Below are positions 52,901 to 64,000 of a DNA stretch of 64,000 nucleotides, piece after piece. This DNA comes from Gnetum montanum (lineage: Eukaryota; Plantae; Gnetophyta): assembly GCA_015680685.1 (NCBI GenBank), contig MNCI01000255.1, forward strand, positions 124,182 to 188,181, read 5' to 3'. A program made the translations under genes and the position numbers. How positions within the stretch are numbered: the first letter of the stretch is position 1; every line of letters begins with the position of its first letter. The notes beneath the pieces are model-generated. The model had not been told where the DNA came from, searched no databases, and saw only the letters and a list, made by a program, of their open reading frames with translations.

Positions 52901-55900
52901 TGGAGCTCCACCACAACCGAATGAATAGTATCAATGGTGGAAACACCCATAATCATGGGGAATGCCACAATCACATCAACAATACCCTTACCATCAACCT
53001 AACCCATACGAGTATTAAGTTCAGTAGCTGATCTCTCCACGTGACTCTACTAGTCACATTGCTCTTCAACCTTACTACCATGCCCTTAAGTAGTATAGAA
53101 CTTCCTCTCCTTAGGGTGATATTCCACATATCTGTACTATCCCTCTCATCTATCCACATCTCTTCCACCTTTGGATCCATTACCACCTACTCCAATGATG
53201 CAGGGTGAGCATCCTGCCCAACAGTAGCAACATAACGTCACAAGGGCTATCGATCTTTAACCTACTATTGGTTCGAACAACCGCACAAAGAAGAGATCTT
53301 TCTTTAGAACCAATAGTCCAACCAAGTCCTTGCAACCAAAAGTGGCTAATTATACAAACACCTCATCATCATTTGAATCTTCAAAGCTTCCTTCGAACCA
53401 AAAACTGCACCTAATGCATACTTTCATGTTAACCCATGTCATCATTGATTGGATTAAAGCTGGCTATCTTCCTAGGAAATTCTCTGATCCTAGATGTCCT
53501 ATTATTTATTTGCAAATCGCTAGAAATGAACCTTACAAAGCTCTTTTGAATTTAGGTTCTGGTGTTAATTTGATCTCGCAAGCAATGTATAAAGCCTAGA
53601 ACCTGCCTCCGCTAAAGAAGAGTAACATCTATTTAGAGTTGGCTAACCATTCCATCACTATCCCATTGGAACTAGTGGAGGACATTGTCACCACTCTTTG
53701 TGGGTGGTCGTATCCAGCCGATTTCCTAGTGATCCAAGTCAACAACTGTAAGGGGGACTTCACAATCATAATGGGAAGAGCATGGCTAAGTACAATTGAT
53801 GTGCACCTAGGAATACATGATCTTTCCCTAAAGATATCAAAAGAAAATACATTTGGAAAGATCGAGAACAAGAAAGTTTCATACATTACATACAGTGACA
53901 GAGGGTGCAACTACGTGTAGAAGTCCTAGTTTATACAACACTTAACATTGCCTACATGCAACCAGTGCGCACAAGTAACTGACATACAAAGATGCTTATA
54001 TGCAGTAACCACAAGACAGGAAGGCACCTAGTGGCTGATAGCTGACCTAAAGAACAATTCAACTTTGTGCATGGAACCAATTGAGAGCTTGAATTGTGCC
54101 TATATCGATAGCATAGATGTATTAGAGCAAGTCCATTGCCAACTTCCAAGTATTGACACCAAAAATATCAACTGGGGGAAGTTGGAAATCCCTGATGAGT
54201 TTAAGTGAGAGCCCCTTGAATTAAAATCGTTGCCCACTAGTATGGAGTATGCATTTCTCAAGAATGGAAAACCGATAATCATTAATGCTAAGCTCACTTC
54301 TCAACAAAAAGAAATACTGCTGAAGATGGTAAACAAATGGTCAAAAGAATTTGCTTGGTCATATTCCAAATTAACCAGAATAGATCCTATGATATGCCAA
54401 CATAGAATCTACCCTAACCCCTCTATAAAGCCTTGACTACAACCACAAATATGACTGAACCCAAAGCTCAAGCAAGTAGTTAAGGAAGAAATTGAACAAC
54501 TTCTGAAGGTTGGGTTCATCTACCCCATTGCTGATAGTGAATGGGTTAGTCCATTAGTCATTGTGCCTAAAAAAGGTGGTAAATGCACGGTGTGTATAGA
54601 CTTTGGGTTATTAAACATGGCAACATTTAAAGATAATTTCCCATTTCCATTTGTTGACCAAGTTCTAGATGCCATTGTAGGGCATTGTTATTATAGTTTT
54701 CTAGATGGTTATAGTGGATACAATCAAATCTAGATAGCACTAGAAGACCAAGCCAAAACTACATTCATGAGTCCTTGGGGGACATTCGCATATACGTAGA
54801 TGTCGTTTGGCTTGTGCAATGCTCCAGTAACATTTCAATGTTTGGTTCTCAATATATTTCAGCAACAAATAGGAAATGGTGTGGAGGTTTTTATGGATGA
54901 TTTCTCCACCTACAGAGTGGACTTTGAACAAGCATTGGACCAATTAGAGCAAGTACTGAAATGATGTGTTGAAACCAACCTAAGGCTCAATTAGTAGAAA
55001 AGCCATTTAATGGTCCAAGAGGGCATTGTATTAGGGCATAAAATTTCACAAACAAGGATGGAGGTAGATCCTAAAAAAATTAAAATCATCCAAGGAATCA
55101 CTTGTCAACCTGAAACTATAAAAGATGTTTGATCATTCCTTGGACATACTGCCTATTATAAACGCTTCATTGAGAACTTTTCGAAGATTGCAATACCCTT
55201 GGTAGAATTAACGAAGAAGGACGTACCCTTTAAATGGACCAAGGAATGTGAGCTAGCTTTCTAAACCTTGAAGCAAAAGCTAGTAGAAACACCTATTCTA
55301 CAAGCTCCTGACTAGTCCAAATCATTCCATATAATGAATGACGTGTCCAATTTTGCTTTAGGAGTCGTACTTACAAAGTTAGATAACCACAAACATCCCT
55401 ATTGCATTCACTGTGCAAGTCAAAGTATTACTAGTGCACAACTCAACTATACCACAACAAAAAAAGAGTTAATGACTATTGTGTTTACACTGGAGAAATT
55501 TAGGCACTATGTACTAGGCTATAAGGTATTTGTNGGAGAAATTTAGGCACTATGTACTAGGCTATAAGGTATTTGTACACANNNNNNNNNNNNNNNNNNN
55601 NNNNNNNNNNNNNNNNNNNNNNNNNNNNNNNNNNNNNNNNNNNNNNNNNNNNNNNNNNNNNNNNNNNNNNNNNNNNNNNNNNNNNNNNNNNNNNNNNNNN
55701 NNNNNNNNNNNNNNNNNNNNNNNNNNNNNNNNNNNNNNNNNNNNNNNNNNNNNNNNNNNNNNNNNNNNNNNNNNNNNNNNNNNNNNNNNNNNNNNNNNNN
55801 NNNNNNNNNNNNNNNNNNNNNNNNNNNNNNNNNNNNNNNNNNNNNNNNNNNNNNNNNNNNNNNNNNNNNNNNNNNNNNNNNNNNNNNNNNNNNNNNNNNN

Positions 55901-58900
55901 NNNNNNNNNNNNNNNNNNNNNNNNNNNNNNNNNNNNNNNNNNNNNNNNNNNNNNNNNNNNNNNNNNNNNNNNNNNNNNNNNNNNNNNNNNNNNNNNNNNN
56001 NNNNNNNNNNNNNNNNNNNNNNNNNNNNNNNNNNNNNNNNNNNNNNNNNNNNNNNNNNNNNNNNNNNNNNNNNNNNNNNNNNNNNNNNNNNNNNNNNNNN
56101 NNNNNNNNNNNNNNNNNNNNNNNNNNNNNNNNNNNNNNNNNNNNNNNNNNNNNNNNNNNNNNNNNNNNNNNNNNNNNNNNNNNNNNNNNNNNNNNNNNNN
56201 NNNNNNNNNNNNNNNNNNNNNNNNNNNNNNNNNNNNNNNNNNNNNNNNNNNNNNNNNNNNNNNNNNNNNNNNNNNNNNNNNNNNNNNNNNNNNNNNNNNN
56301 NNNNGCATGATTTGTTCAACAACAAATCATAAACAGGTTTGGCATGCCTCATGCACTTATTTCTAATAATGGTACACATTTTATAGGTGCAACTTTTTGA
56401 AAGTTGATGCAACGCTTAGGAGTTAAGCATAAACTAACTACACCATATCATCCTCAAGCGAATGGTCAAGCTGAAGTCACCAATAGGAAAATCACAAAAA
56501 TCTTGACATGAACCATTAGCAAATATAGGCAAGACTGGAGCACCAAGCTGAATGATGCTCTTTGGGCCTACCGCTTTACATGGAAACTCCCTATAGCCTA
56601 CTCTCCCTGTGAGTTAGTGTATGACAAACTTCCAACACTTCCTATCCAAGTTGAGCTTCATACACTATCTACATTATGTGACCTTAACCTTGACCTCAGT
56701 CTAGCATAGAAAGAACGGTTAATGAATCTTAATTTGGTAAATGAAAACTGATTAGCCACCCTGTCATCCAATGAACTACATAAGGCATTCAACAAACAAT
56801 GTCATGACCTGAAAATTAGAAAAGTCACATACCAACCATCAGATAGGGTTCTTTATTAGAATCCCGCACATGTGCCACAACAAACTAAATTTCAAATGTT
56901 GTGGAAAGGATCTTATATCATTCATGAAACTTTTTCTTCGGTGGCCATGATGATCTAAGCCCAGATAAGAAATTACTGGTCAACATCCAGCAAACCAAAC
57001 CTTTCCATGAGTCTAAAATGGCCAGTACTAACACTACCTCTACTGATGGACAACCTCGCTCATTATTTCAAATCTCCTCCTTCTCACTCAGTCATGGGGG
57101 AGATGGCCACCAATGCTAGTCATTCTAAGCTCTTAGTTTCTTTTATCTTTTTGTTTTACACATTTTTCATCTTTACTTGTCTTTGTTTTACACCATCGTT
57201 AACATTTTTGCTATTCCTTTCTTTATTACATTTTGTTTGATTTATTCTCACTTGTCATATAATAAGTTCTCATGATGGTGGAGTGTACTATAATCATGTT
57301 GCTTACTAATGTTTGGTTTTTACCTTTGATTTTTAATTTTGATGCTAAGATATGGTTCTTTTTGATAAAATAGGCAATGAGTCCACGTCATTCATTTATC
57401 CATTCAATTCTATGGTCTCCCTTTGTTTTAGAAATATATTGTACCTTTTTCTAATCTAACATATTAATGAATTGGTGGCTTGATATTCTTCAAACCAAGG
57501 AAAGATTCAAATGCATTGAAAATGATGTGACCTCAAAGGGATTCAACGCATTTGTGCTGGCTATTCTCTTGGGTACTTGAATGTTTTTCATAGGTTTTCT
57601 AACATTCCATTGTCGACTAATAGCAAGAAGTTGAATGAATCAAATAAGTCTTTGCACGATGTGGTTCTCACAAAAAAAAACTGGTGGGAATTCAAAGCAC
57701 ACCCCTTAGACGTAATAAAGGATCATGGGCTACAAGCACTCATTATGGCACTAGAAAGACATGTTACCCATGCCTGAAGGTATCCTCTAACTAAGGCCCT
57801 TCCTCACTTCCTACTTCTCTACTTTTTTGGATGGCGATTACTCTGTAGAAGCATTCTTGTTGCTTTAGGAGGATGGGTTGGTCAAGTGTGTTGATGCAAG
57901 GTCACTGGATGTGGTTAGTTTTAATCTAGATTTGGGCTGAATTTTATTAAGTCACATTAACCACATAATACACAAGGGACTTTACACAACTATGATTTCG
58001 AGATTCCATTCCATTCTCTTTTCTCTTTCAGTATTACTTCCCGTATTCGACCTCATTGCCAGTTTTATGATTAGTCTATACCTTGGTTGGCACATTGTTA
58101 TTCTTTGGTAAATTCTTGTGGGTGAATTCTTAACTATTGTCTCCATATGTCATTCATAGAGCCTACGGACTCTTTGGTTTGTGGGTTTGTCAGGGCATAA
58201 AGGGCATGAGCCTACTTTGGGGAGGACCCACTGGCATTCCTTTTTGGAGAAATTGTTAAGTTATTTCCTTTAAACATTTCTTATAATCAACTATTTCTTA
58301 TTTCACCCCATCCATCACATCTATTTTTGTTTTTCTCTTTCCTTCTATGCATTTTTATTAACTTCACCGTTGTTATTCCTCTTATCTTCCTTTTTTCTTT
58401 TGTCTTCCATCCTATTGCTACCGGAGGTTCACTCTTAGACGTGGGGGACTTTCACAAATTTTTCCATTCCATTACTTATCTTACCCCTACACCTTGGGTA
58501 GTTATCACTTACAAACCTCTAACCTAGTATCTACCATACCCACAACCTAGCCAATGTGTTTCATATCGAGGCAAGGTATTAACTGCATTATATCTTATCT
58601 ATCCTTGTTAATTCATGATTGTGTTATGTGTGTAGATGGCGATCACATGAACAATGGACTAGGATAGGAGCGAGCATGTAGGATGGACTTGAGAAAGAGC
58701 ATTTATGCAAGGAACAAGCTTGGTCATGTGGCCATGGATGAACAACGATGTGCATAGTTTTTGACATCAGTAGCAATGCATCTCATTTTTTTTCTCTCTC
58801 TCTCTTCAAGCTTTCAATTGAGGGTCTAGATGTCATCTATGTACAGTGTTCACCACAATGGTTATGAATACCAATGCTATAATACATTTGTCAATCCTTT

Positions 58901-59873
58901 CACTGGGCACTTTGAGTCTGTCATTCCATGTCACTATCAGTTGTCATTCAGTCAATAATCCCATACCTTCCCAATATTTTCTAAGAAACTTGAGGAAAAG
59001 TTTTCATTTAGTTGTGGGGGTATGATGAGTCCCAAAATTGGACCCTTGATATCGGACCCTCGATATTGGATACGCGATATCAAAGATGTTGAAGCAATAT
59101 CAGACATGTGATGTTGGAGCCTGTCTCATTTCCTATAAATAAGAGATAAGGGCACTTGGTTTGGCATTAGTTTTTCAGTCCCTTAGCTGAACTCTTACAA
59201 TTTTTCTATTCCAGAGTTAGAATTATTTTTGAGTGCCTACAGTAGGATTCATAAAGTGAACGGATCTTTATTTGAGCATTGGGTACTTAAGCAAACCTTG
59301 TGTCCAAAAATAAAGATGAACTTTGTGATAAACCTTGCAACATTCAAAATAGCTTAATTATTGCATTTCATGTTATTTACTATTATTTGATGCTTTCAAT
59401 AGCTACTTAATGTTATTTCATTGAAGTATTAATTATCAATTATCAATGAATTAGCACACTTAGCATGACCACTTCAAGCACACATGGAACACTTGGTAAC
59501 CCAGTCACGACTAGCATTTAGTAATCCCAGTAGTGTTACACTAGTTCAGAATGTGTCCGGAGAGTGGGAATGGATGCTGGTATTAGGATTTGATTCACAT
59601 TAGAGTTATAAAAATCCATTAGTTAATTAAATATTTTCATTTCACACACTTAGGAGACTAAGATAGAAAATATATAAAACATAAAAATCATATACCTCAA
59701 GTTTACTTAACCATGCAATTATGCCTTATAAGTAAGCTTGGGAAGACAATGACTACATAACTCATCCTTGTTCTGCATAGGCGCATAAGCACTTAATCCT
59801 TGGAGTTTGTTTGAATCGTGCATAAACACTCATATTCGTATGGTTGGGCATAGGGATACCTCACCGCTTATCA
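49955..59873 (+). mobile_element. Full-length Athila-like Ty3/gypsy copy 2, inserted in Tat element B
   Basis: LTRs 49955-50753 and 59023-59873 (TG...CA). TSD ATGGG/GTGGG. PBS TGGCACCATTGTCAGGGA at 50755-50772. PPT before 59023. gag, PR (ALLNLGSGVNLI), RT (FMDDFS ~54890), RH and INT (YHPQANGQAE) are all disabled. Confidence 0.92.
55582..56304. other. Assembly gap (723 N), within the RH-INT region
   Basis: N run. A 42-bp overlap duplication also flanks the N at 55534. Confidence 0.99.
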
Positions 59874-62449
59874 GTGGGTCAAATTATCTTCAAGCCTTTT
59901 GTTGTTGGCTACATTCAGTGGGCTTAGTTGTTGATTTTATGAAAGGTTGTTTTCATCACCATTGCAGTAGTGATTTTTTGTTAATTTTTGAGTTATTGGC
60001 CACAATATGTAAGCTTTGATCATAGATTATCACATTTTTTCTTATTGAAGATTGAGAAACCCTAATAAAAAATGGTTCCCTAGCTTTAGAAGGGTTCGTA
60101 ATGTGTTGTTTGGATTATGATGTTGATGTCACTGGAGGGTGAATGCATATAAAGAAAGGCTCTTTACAAGTCGGAGGTGGTAGCACCCTTATGACGAAGG
60201 GCTCTCTAGGCTTTAGATTCTGAGGTTGAGTGCTAGCTAGTAGTATCTTTATGATAAATGGTTCTCAAGGAGGATTAGACCATTTGCTTACTATAAATAA
60301 GGTGATGGTGTAAGAGTTATTATTGGATTTTGAAGAATTGAGCTCATTCAACACCAGCTCTCCATAATCAATCATCTTCTAAAGATCATCTTTAAGGGCT
60401 AAGCAAAAATTGGTATCATGACCAACGAGTTGATGGTAATAGAAAAACCTTTCAAATCTAAAGCACTTTGGCAATCTTGGATCATCTTTGGTTGCTACCA
60501 TTAAGTCTCTAGCTATCTTGAAAAGATGATTGTACCTCTTACGAGCTTCCTTAGATAGTTTCTTATGTTAAATATGGTTATTTTTAACCAACTATTCTAG
60601 GAGCTCATAAGGCTTCATAGGCAACTTAGCATAGCTAGTCTTATTCTTGTGCTCAAAATTTGGTCGTGGATAATTAGAAGCATATGAAGTAGATGGTTGC
60701 AATGGATCAAAAGCTTTATTGCATGATGGTGATCTTTACCTCTCTACTTTCTTTGGCTCTTTTGTTACTATGGCCATAGTTTCTTGTGTTGGCTTAGTTT
60801 TCTTCTTATCCCTTCTCATGTGTTGGTTTTTATAGGCTACATAGGCTATATTATTGCTAGCCTCAATAGCCTCCTCAATGGTATTAATTTATAAAAAGGA
60901 TTTCCTTTGTGATTGGGGTTCTAAGTATTAAAGCTTTAACTTAATGAAGTCATTAACTGCTTCCTTGAAGATGGCCAAAATGTGGATTTCAAAGATAGGC
61001 TCTAGAATCTCATTGAGCATTAAGTTTCATCTTTGAATGAATCTTAGAACTAGCTCAAGTGGCCCCTCCCTCACCTTCATAAGTTGATCTAAAGTTATAT
61101 CAAGCTTCAAGTTGTAATTAAGCATCTAACACATTGATTTATTAGGTCTTCAAGGGAGGATATAGAGTCCCTAGGTATGGTTTAATACTAATCTAAAGCC
61201 TTTCCTTTCTAGGACATAGGGAAGATACATAGTATTTTGTGAGGTCATACTTGCAATAGGAGGCACTCAAATCAAAAGATGACAAGATGTGCATTAGGGT
61301 CTCCTTCATCATTATATTTGATGAATTTTTGAATTGGGATGCCCATAGGAAGAGTTATCTATAGGAAAGTAGAACTAATGTGATTGTCTTAGTAAAAGTT
61401 CATTATCTTGACCATATGAGTGCTACTAGCTTTAAGCTTTTGTAGCTATTCAATGATATCTTGGATCATTTGAAAGGCTTGATCTAGGGCTTGGGACACT
61501 CTTGTACTCTGCAACATTTGTACTAATGGTTGGAAAGGAAGTTGAATGGCTTAAGACCATGCAATTGATATTAGTATGGATTGGAGAGGTTGTGTGACCA
61601 TTGTCATAGGAGGGTTGCATAAGGACAAGGATGTTTGAACTAGAATATATGGAACAAAAGGAATATTAAGCATAAATGAGTTATGGAAGATGTGTGGTAT
61701 TTGTACTCTAAATAAGGATTAGTCAAAACTATAAAAGGTTGAGACATGGAGGCAACTACTAGTAGAGGATGAGACACTATAATAAAAGGTGTTGAGATGA
61801 ATAGTGAAGTAAACAAGAAAGTGGATTGAGAACATGGATTTGTAAAGTTACAAGGGAAATTTCATTTATTATTAAGATAGGGGGTGTAGAGTTGGGGATG
61901 GTAACTTCATGAACAAATTGCTATAAATAGTCCTCAAAGTGAGTACTTGTCTTAGAATAAGCTCCAAACGCATCTTGGGCATCTTGGTTTTGATCTAAAC
62001 TTACTCTCTCACTTGCTTCATCTATATCTACTAATTGTGCTACATGTGCATATAAAACTCTATTAGTTCATTACGATCATATGGAGAAGGAATATACTCG
62101 AATATATTTCTATGAATAATGTCAAACTGAGGTTTGAATTATGATTCCATATGTGGGACAAGCAAACCAGCTTGGATTTTTTCAAAAATAAAGTTGTAAT
62201 ACTCTTCATTAATGTTTATGTGGACCAAGTCTAATTCTAGTTGCCTAAGGGACTATCTATGCTCTACTATAGCTAGATCCCTAGATCATAAATGCAAATA
62301 GGTTCTTGCCTTAAGGCCATATGGATGATCTTTTGTGGCTAAATGATTTAGCAACAAAAATACATAAACAGTGCAAGGCCAAGGTATTGTGCAAATATGG
62401 TATAGGTTTTAATGTTTTAGATAAGGTTTGAAGCTCCTAACATGTGAGA

Positions 62450-62600
62450 GTATGGCTTGTAAAGCTATAGCTTTTGAAGATATAGTGTGTGAAACTTGCA
62501 ACTAGTGAGGCTATAGCTTGTGAAGCTATAGATTATGAAAGTTGTAGCTTGTGAGGCTATAGCTTGTGAGGCTATAGCTTGTGGAGCTATAGCATGTGAG
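62450..62600. repeat. ~15-bp tandem repeats in the Tat 5' UTR
   Basis: GCTATAGCTTGTGA(A/G) repeated about 9 times. Confidence 0.8.
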
Positions 62601-63517
62601 TGCAGAAATCAGAAAAATAACATACACTACTATCGTAATGATAAAAATTTTAATTTTTAATTTTTCCTAGCATGTTTAAGAATGCTAAAGGAAATGAAAA
62701 TAGGCTTTAATATATGTAAAGAAACAAAGAAAAAATTGTAGACTATAGGTACAAAAAATGGAAAAGGCAATATGCACTGCAACTACAAAAATAAGAATTT
62801 CAATTGTAAATGTAGGAAACAAGGGTAGCACTATGTACTACAACTTCAAATATTAATTTTTAAATTACCAAGCATAGGGAGCTAAGGTAGCATTGTGCAC
62901 TACAATAGCAAAAATTAATTTTTGAATTTGTAATATGTAGGAAACAAGGGCAACATTGCAAATTGCAATTGCAAAAAGAATCATAAAAACTTTTTATTGA
63001 AACTAGCTTTAGTCTCACACACTAGGGTTTATGGGCTAAGAAGTAAGGTGGAGGTCCTTCATCTAGTGCCAAAAAACTGTAATGACTAAAAAATCTGGTG
63101 TTTGAAACCCAATGATCTCAATGTGAAATAATTTTGACCCCAAGATCCACAAGCCTAAGAAGGATCTGGGGTGCCTTAGGTAGTCTTGTCGATTACCTAG
63201 GGACTAAGAAAAGTCTATTACCAAATGAAAATAAATGAAAATGAGAAACTATAAAAAAGTAACAAAGAAAATATGACCAAAACAAACAGCAAATTTTTAT
63301 ATTAATATTAATGAAAATATAGAGTGAGGAAATGCAAATTTGCAAATGTTATGCAAATAATAATTAAAGTTCTAAAGCACGAATGGATGGTGTGTGTCCC
63401 ACAATCCTTCCAAGCACCTCTATCTTCTTATGATCAAAAGGTTTTGTTGCAATGTCTTCCCCAAGGTTGCTCTCCTCTACAATGTGTCCCAAAGATATGG
63501 TTAAGGTATGGTTAAGT

Positions 63518-64000
63518 GCAATTGAGGAATATGATTTTTATCATTTTTAAGTTTTATGTTGTAAGTCACCTAAGAATATAGAATAGAGAATTAAAGATAT
63601 TTAATTACTACTTTAATCAAACTAGCTAATATCTAACTAATCCTAGCATAAGAATCCATTCCACTTGTCATACACATCCTAAACATATTTAACTTTACTA
63701 GGTTATCAAATGTTAAGCATTACTGGGATTACCAAGCACCAAGTGTATGCTCAAATTAGTCATACTTATGTGCTTAATTTATCACTATTTAATCTAGCTT
63801 AGTCTAGCTTAATTTAGCTTAATTAATTACTTAAAGCATTAATGGAAATTGCTTAAAATATTACATGCACAAAAGAAATGATTAATATATTTCAAAATGC
63901 TGCAAGGTTTATTAGAAAACTCATCTTTAATGTTGCACACACTACCATGCTTAGGTACAACATTGCTTGAATAAAGATTTGTATACTCTTTAACTCCTAC
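63518..64000 (-). mobile_element. Athila-family LTR fragment interrupting the Tat B 5' LTR
   Basis: Reverse complement TGCTTGGTAATCCCAGTA and flanking similarity to 50160-50560. Confidence 0.5.

Larger units (their letters stand above)
43179..63515 (-). mobile_element. Tat/Ogre-like element B (5' LTR part, PBS, gag, [Athila insertion], PR, antisense-gene tail, CpG island, 3' UTR, 3' LTR); RT-INT absent
   Basis: 5' LTR 63078-~63515 matches 43179-43590. PBS TGGCACTAGATGAAGG at ~63056-63071. gag KFIKYNDEGDPNAHL at ~61300. PR VHVDDG/FNLILGRPWL at 49270-49520. 44260-45235 is homologous to 30181-31297 and includes the last INT codons. That this is a single element is an inference. Confidence 0.6.

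Noticed and set aside
55530-56412. Long ORFs of 245-289 aa
   Set aside because: Artifacts of translating through the N gap.

Overview
This is eukaryotic plant nuclear DNA. It is probably a large-genome seed plant such as a gymnosperm, inferred from the GIF protein sequence and TE content and not proven. The window is a nest of old, CpG/CHG-decayed LTR retrotransposons. These comprise two Athila-like Ty3/gypsy copies with a tRNA-Asp PBS (one complete with TSD), an extra Athila LTR piece, two non-autonomous SIRE/Sirevirus-like Ty1/copia copies, two Tat/Ogre-like Ty3/gypsy copies with a tRNA-Asn PBS, a solo LTR and a gag fragment. Two CpG-retaining, host-like islands (~17.1-24.5 kb and ~45.7-48.1 kb) interrupt the TE sea. 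The first holds an intronless, disabled GIF/AN3 (SSXT) copy and an intronless, disabled DRB2/3/5-type double-dsRBD copy. Two observations stand out. (1) Each island lies between co-oriented 5' and 3' halves of a Tat element whose LTRs pair with each other. (2) The Tat family carries, after its protease, an antisense multi-exon gene with a degenerate FCP1/NIF (HAD-type CTD-phosphatase-like) domain. No intact host gene could be confirmed. Protein identifications are by motif recognition only and identities are estimated by eye. There are assembly gaps or joins at 950, 47511, 55534 and 55582-56304.
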